Source: Vulcanimicrobiota bacterium
GTDB lineage: Bacteria; Vulcanimicrobiota; Vulcanimicrobiia; Vulcanimicrobiales; Vulcanimicrobiaceae
Direction of reading: 5' to 3'
Assembly (NCBI GenBank): GCA_003133025.1
Contig: PKZK01000036.1
Coordinates: 1-18,918, forward strand
Length of the DNA stretch: 18,918 nt
In this document: one piece after another, positions 15,254 through 18,918 of the stretch
Numbering within the stretch: the first letter of the stretch is position 1
Layout: each line of letters opens with the position of its first letter
Program-made: the position numbers and the translations under genes
Notes under the pieces: model-generated
Seen by the model: the letters and a program-made list of their open reading frames with translations, nothing else
What the model was told of the DNA's origin: nothing
The model's database searches: none

Positions 15254-15817
15254 TTACGACTCGGTTTCGACGTCGGTCGCCGGCGTATCGTCGACTTCTT
15301 CTTCGTCGTCGTCTTCATCGTCGACGTCGATGATGTCGATCGTGACCCGGCCTTCGGCACCCGCGCGTACCAGCGTGCGCAGGGCCTGCGCGACGCGACC
15401 GCCCCGGCCGATCACTTTGCCCAGATCCTCGGGATCCACTTCGAGTTCGAGCCGCGCGCCGCGGGAATCGGGCACGGTCTCGATGCGGATCGCATCGGGG
15501 TTGGACACCAGGCGCTTGGCCAGGAACGTCAGCAGCTCGACGGCGCGCGGCAGCGCGACCTCGTCGGGAATCGGATCGCGTTTGACCGCCTCGCGACGGC
15601 GCGGCACGAAACTGCCGCCGGGCTTCGCCTCGAACGTCCCGTTGCCGCCCGACGGACCGCGACGGCGCGGCCGGATCGATTCGTCTTCGGGTTCGATCTC
15701 GTCGATGATCGTTTCGCTGGTGTTGATCCGGCGCGCGCCGAGGGTGGAGCGGCGCTCGTCGTCGGCCGCCTCGCCTTCTTCGCCGAAGAGTCCGAACTCG
15801 TCGTCGAATGCGCTCAC
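15254..15817 (-). CDS. khpA: KH-domain RNA-binding protein KhpA/YlqC with long N-terminal and acidic C-terminal extensions
   Basis: LLTFLAKRLVSNPDAI...DLGKVIGRGGRVAQALRTLV (GxxG KH loop), immediately downstream of rpsP. Confidence 0.88.
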   Translation of the reverse strand: MSAFDDEFGLFGEEGEAADDERRSTLGARRINTSETIIDEIEPEDESIRPRRRGPSGGNGTFEAKPGGSFVPRRREAVKRDPIPDEVALPRAVELLTFLAKRLVSNPDAIRIETVPDSRGARLELEVDPEDLGKVIGRGGRVAQALRTLVRAGAEGRVTIDIIDVDDEDDDEEEVDDTPATDVETES

Positions 15818-15820
15818 GGC

Positions 15821-16111
15821 TTAACCCTTCTTCGCTTTGGGCTCGCGCTTCGTCGTCGGCACGAAGCCGCGCTCGACGAGACCCTTCTCCGCCAGGAGAC
15901 GCCGCACCGGATCCGAGGGCTGTGCGCCCTTGGCGAGCCATTCCTTGATCTTCTCGTCGTTGACGACGACGGTCTTCGGCTCGGTGCGAGGGTTGTAATG
16001 ACCCACGATTTCGATGAAGCGGCCGTCGCGCGGCGAGCGCGCGTCGGTCACGACGAAACGGTACGTGGGTTGTTTCTTGGCGCCCATGCGCCGGAGACGG
16101 ATCTTAACCAT
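15821..16111 (-). CDS. rpsP: 30S ribosomal protein S16
   Basis: [41 protein letters not shown]...[14 protein letters not shown] upstream of ATG. Confidence 0.98.
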   Translation of the reverse strand: MVKIRLRRMGAKKQPTYRFVVTDARSPRDGRFIEIVGHYNPRTEPKTVVVNDEKIKEWLAKGAQPSDPVRRLLAEKGLVERGFVPTTKREPKAKKG

Positions 16112-16153
16112 GGAATTCCTACGTCACTTTCGGGTGGTAAATCGGCTCGCCCG

Positions 16154-17476
16154 TTACCGGCCGAGACCAAAGGGAAGGCGCGGCCGTTTCCCGCCGCCCA
16201 ACTGTTTCATCATCTGACGCGAAGCCTCGAACTGTTTGACCAGCCGGTTGACTTCGGCGACCTGCGTCCCGCTGCCGAGCGCGATGCGCTTGCGTCGCGA
16301 GGCGTTGAGGATGTCGGGCCGGCGGCGCTCCTGACGGGTCATCGAGCAGATGATCGCCTCGACCCGTCCGACGTCTTTCTCGTCGATCTCCAGATCCTTG
16401 GGCATCATCTTCTGCATGCCCGGGATCATCTTGACGATCTCGGCCATCGAGCCCATCTTGCGCACTTGACGCAATTGATCGAGGAAGTCGTCGAGGGTGA
16501 AGTCGTTCTTGCGCAGCTTCTGTTCGAGCGCTTTGGCCTGCTCGATCGAATAGACCGATTGCGTCTTCTCGATCAGCGTCAGCACGTCGCCCATGCCCAG
16601 GATGCGCGAGGCCAAGCGATCCGGATAGAACGTCTCGAGCGCCGACAACTTTTCGCCGACGCCCACGAACTTGATCGGCGCGCCGGTCATCGCGAAAATC
16701 GAGAGCGCCGCGCCACCGCGCGCGTCGCCGTCCATCTTGGTCAGGATGACGCCCGTGATCGTGAGTTGCGCGTTAAAGCCCTTGGCGACGTTGGTCGCTT
16801 CTTGGCCCGTCATCGCGTCCGCGACGAACAAGATCTCCTTGGGCTTGACCGCGGCCTTGATCTTTTCGAGTTCGACCATCAGCGCTTCGTCGATCTGCAG
16901 CCGTCCGGCCGTATCCACGATGACGATCGGGATGCCCAGCCGCTGGGCTTCGGCGACGCCGTGCTTGGCGATATCGACCGGGTTCGCGCGCTCCTCGGAG
17001 TACACGGGCAAATCGAGTTGGCGGCCGAGCGTCTTGAGCTGTTCCACAGCGGCCGGGCGGTAGATGTCGGCCGCGACCAACAGCGAACGGCGACCCTGCT
17101 CCTTGAGCCGCAGCGCCAATTTGCCTGCGTGGGTCGTCTTGCCCGAGCCTTGCAAGCCGACGAGCATGATCACCGTCGGCGGTGCGTCGGAGAATTGCAG
17201 CCGCGACTGCGCCCCGCCCATCAGCGCCACCAGCTCGTCGTGCACGATCTTGATGACCGATTGGGCAGGCGTCAGCGACGCCAAAACGTCGGCGCCGACC
17301 GCCTTCTCCTTGACTTTCGCGACGAAGTCTTTGGCGACGGAGAGGTTGACGTCGGCTTCGAGCAAAGCGACGCGCACTTCGCGCGCGACGTCGTTGACGT
17401 CGGCTTCGGTCAGCCGTCCGCGACTCGTCAGACGCTGAAAGATCGCCCCCAGGCGATCGGAGAGCGCTTCTAGCAT
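16154..17476 (-). CDS. ffh: Signal recognition particle protein
   Basis: ALLEADV, GLQGSGKTT, DIYRPAA, DTAGR, TKMDGDARGGAALS, RILGMGD, Met-rich M domain, SRRKRIALGSG. Confidence 0.98.
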   Translation of the reverse strand: MLEALSDRLGAIFQRLTSRGRLTEADVNDVAREVRVALLEADVNLSVAKDFVAKVKEKAVGADVLASLTPAQSVIKIVHDELVALMGGAQSRLQFSDAPPTVIMLVGLQGSGKTTHAGKLALRLKEQGRRSLLVAADIYRPAAVEQLKTLGRQLDLPVYSEERANPVDIAKHGVAEAQRLGIPIVIVDTAGRLQIDEALMVELEKIKAAVKPKEILFVADAMTGQEATNVAKGFNAQLTITGVILTKMDGDARGGAALSIFAMTGAPIKFVGVGEKLSALETFYPDRLASRILGMGDVLTLIEKTQSVYSIEQAKALEQKLRKNDFTLDDFLDQLRQVRKMGSMAEIVKMIPGMQKMMPKDLEIDEKDVGRVEAIICSMTRQERRRPDILNASRRKRIALGSGTQVAEVNRLVKQFEASRQMMKQLGGGKRPRLPFGLGR

Positions 17477-17507
17477 CGCAGGCCGGAGCTACGCCCCATG
17501 GCGCAAC

Positions 17508-17759
17508 TCAGCCCTTCGGGGCGGTCTCGTCGATCTTGCGTACGGCATCGCCGACGGTTTTGATCTTTTCCGCCTCTTCATCTGGAATGTCGATATTGAA
17601 CTCGGTTTCGAACGCCATCACCAATTCGACTTGATCGAGTGAGTCCGCGCCGAGGTCGTCGGTGATCGATGCTTCCATCGTCACCTCCGCCTCGTCGACG
17701 CCCAATTGCTCGACGATGATCTTCTTAACCTTATCGAAGGTGGTCTGAGTATCCGCCAT
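17508..17759 (-). CDS. acpP: Acyl carrier protein
   Basis: [17 protein letters not shown] phosphopantetheine site, [20 protein letters not shown] ribosome-binding site at 17763-17767 (- strand). Confidence 0.98.
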   Translation of the reverse strand: MADTQTTFDKVKKIIVEQLGVDEAEVTMEASITDDLGADSLDQVELVMAFETEFNIDIPDEEAEKIKTVGDAVRKIDETAPKG

Positions 17760-17791
17760 GGTCTCCTGTCCTAGGGGCGCCGAGCGCCGAT

Positions 17792-18535
17792 TTACATGAA
17801 AAAGCCGCCGTCGACGACGATCGTTTGACCGGTCACGTAGCGGGCGGCATCGGAGCAGAGGAACGTAACGACCCCACTGACGTCTTCCGGCGTTCCCGAT
17901 CGGCCGAGGGGGATCGTTGCGAGGAAGTGTGCTCGGGCCTGATCCGGCAGCGATTCCGTCATCGCCGTTTCGATGAGACCGGGCGCGACGGCATTGACTC
18001 TTACGTTCCGCGACCCCAATTCCTTCGCTACGGACTTGGCCAGGCCCAAGAGGCCTGCCTTGGCGGCCGCATAGCCGGCCTGCCCGGCGTTGCCGGTGAG
18101 GCCCACGATCGAGGAAACGAGCACGATCGCGCCCGAGCGCTGGCGCATCATGGGCTTGGCCACCGCGCCGCAGAGGTAGAACGCCGACTTGAGGTTGACC
18201 GCCAGCACCTGCTCGAGGTCGGCCGGTTTGAGGCGCACGAGCAGGTTGTCGAGGCTCTGCCCGGCATTGGCCACCGCGATGTCGACCCGGCCGAGCTCCG
18301 CGATCGTCCGGGCGACGGCCGCCTCGACGGCGGCGGCGTCGGTCACGTCGGCTGCGATCTCCAGGGTGCGAGCCTCCGGGCGGGCCGCGCGGACGGCTGC
18401 GGCCGACTCGGCCAGCGCCTCCGTGTCCCGGCCCACCAGCGCGACGTCCGCGCCGGCCCGCGCCAGGTCGACGGCGATGGCGCGTCCGATGCCCCGGCTC
18501 GCGCCGGTCACGATCGCGACCTGCCCGGCGCTCAG
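17792..18535 (-). CDS. fabG: 3-oxoacyl-ACP reductase
   Basis: [30 protein letters not shown] (YxxxK), [26 protein letters not shown]; lies between fabD and acpP. CTG18535 is proposed as start (247 aa). Confidence 0.95.
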   Translation of the reverse strand: MSAGQVAIVTGASRGIGRAIAVDLARAGADVALVGRDTEALAESAAAVRAARPEARTLEIAADVTDAAAVEAAVARTIAELGRVDIAVANAGQSLDNLLVRLKPADLEQVLAVNLKSAFYLCGAVAKPMMRQRSGAIVLVSSIVGLTGNAGQAGYAAAKAGLLGLAKSVAKELGSRNVRVNAVAPGLIETAMTESLPDQARAHFLATIPLGRSGTPEDVSGVVTFLCSDAARYVTGQTIVVDGGFFM

Positions 18536-18918
18536 GCGGGCGCCCCCGCCGAAAGCGATGCGCGCAGCTTTTCGATGCCGGCCTCGTCGCCCACGAACTT
18601 GGCGGGCGGCGCCCCGGGCACGCGCTTCATCATCGGCGCCAGAACCGCAGACCCGCCGAACTCGACGATTGCGTCGAGATTCTCGGCAACCAGCCGCAGC
18701 GCCGCATCGTGCCAGAGCACTTCGCCCGTGACCGAACGAACCAGATTCTCGCGAATGGTTTCGACCGACGTGTAGGGCTTCGCGTCGACGTTGGAAACGA
18801 CGGTGAACCGGGGCAACCTGATCTGCGCCCTCGCGACGAAGGGTGCGAACCGTTCGCGTGCGGGCGCCATCAGGTCGCTGTGCCACGCACCCGACACGTT
18901 GAGCGGCACGACGCGCTT
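18532..18918 (-). CDS. fabD: Malonyl-CoA:ACP transacylase, C-terminal part (runs off the window)
   Basis: [31 protein letters not shown]; upstream of fabG-acpP. Confidence 0.92.
   Translation of the reverse strand, partial: KRVVPLNVSGAWHSDLMAPARERFAPFVARAQIRLPRFTVVSNVDAKPYTSVETIRENLVRSVTGEVLWHDAALRLVAENLDAIVEFGGSAVLAPMMKRVPGAPPAKFVGDEAGIEKLRASLSAGAPA

Noticed and set aside
14375..17473. 1032-aa + strand ORF
   Set aside because: Antisense shadow of rimM-lspA-khpA-rpsP-ffh; long stop-free antisense frames are expected in high-GC coding DNA and the translation shows no domain.
18536..18886. FabG with a 117-aa N-terminal extension, or a fabD-fabG fusion
   Set aside because: The extension is an alternative frame of fabD with no protein-like features, and fabD has its own TGA at 18532-18534.
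1..18918. CRISPR arrays, IS elements, tRNA/rRNA, SRP RNA near ffh, defence or toxin-antitoxin systems
   Set aside because: No regularly spaced direct repeats, transposase or integrase motifs were seen, and the spacers flanking ffh (31 and 42 nt) are too short for an SRP RNA.

Overview
GC-rich bacterial chromosomal window with about 23 tightly packed genes. I see no rRNA, tRNA, CRISPR array or mobile element. Left to right: (i) a + strand operon at <1-3770 encoding an N-terminally truncated hypothetical protein with an internal ~51-aa repeat, a membrane-anchored HEAT-repeat protein, a divergent PilT-family ATPase and a GAF-GGDEF diguanylate cyclase; (ii) a small CDGSH Fe-S protein; (iii) a divergent tyrosine/homogentisate catabolic cluster (fahA plus a coupled uncharacterised enzyme on the - strand; DEDDh exonuclease, hmgA, ICMT-family methyltransferase and hppD on the + strand) with no recognisable maleylacetoacetate isomerase; (iv) envelope and miscellaneous genes (CAP protein, beta-hydroxyacid dehydrogenase, stalk-domain protein, YihY, an exported protein, cytochrome c); (v) a - strand housekeeping run fabD-fabG-acpP-ffh-rpsP-khpA-lspA-rimM. 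The most notable observations are four genes (fabG, lspA, the exonuclease, the GGDEF gene) whose N-termini have no suitable in-frame ATG/GTG/TTG and appear to start at CTG, ACG or ATC; a candidate missing-step enzyme of the homogentisate pathway; a PilT with degenerate Asp and His boxes coupled to a c-di-GMP cyclase; and a promoter-preceded 21-bp hairpin downstream of hppD. Gene style suggests a Terrabacteria lineage, possibly Eremiobacterota/Vulcanimicrobiota, but that is unverified inference.
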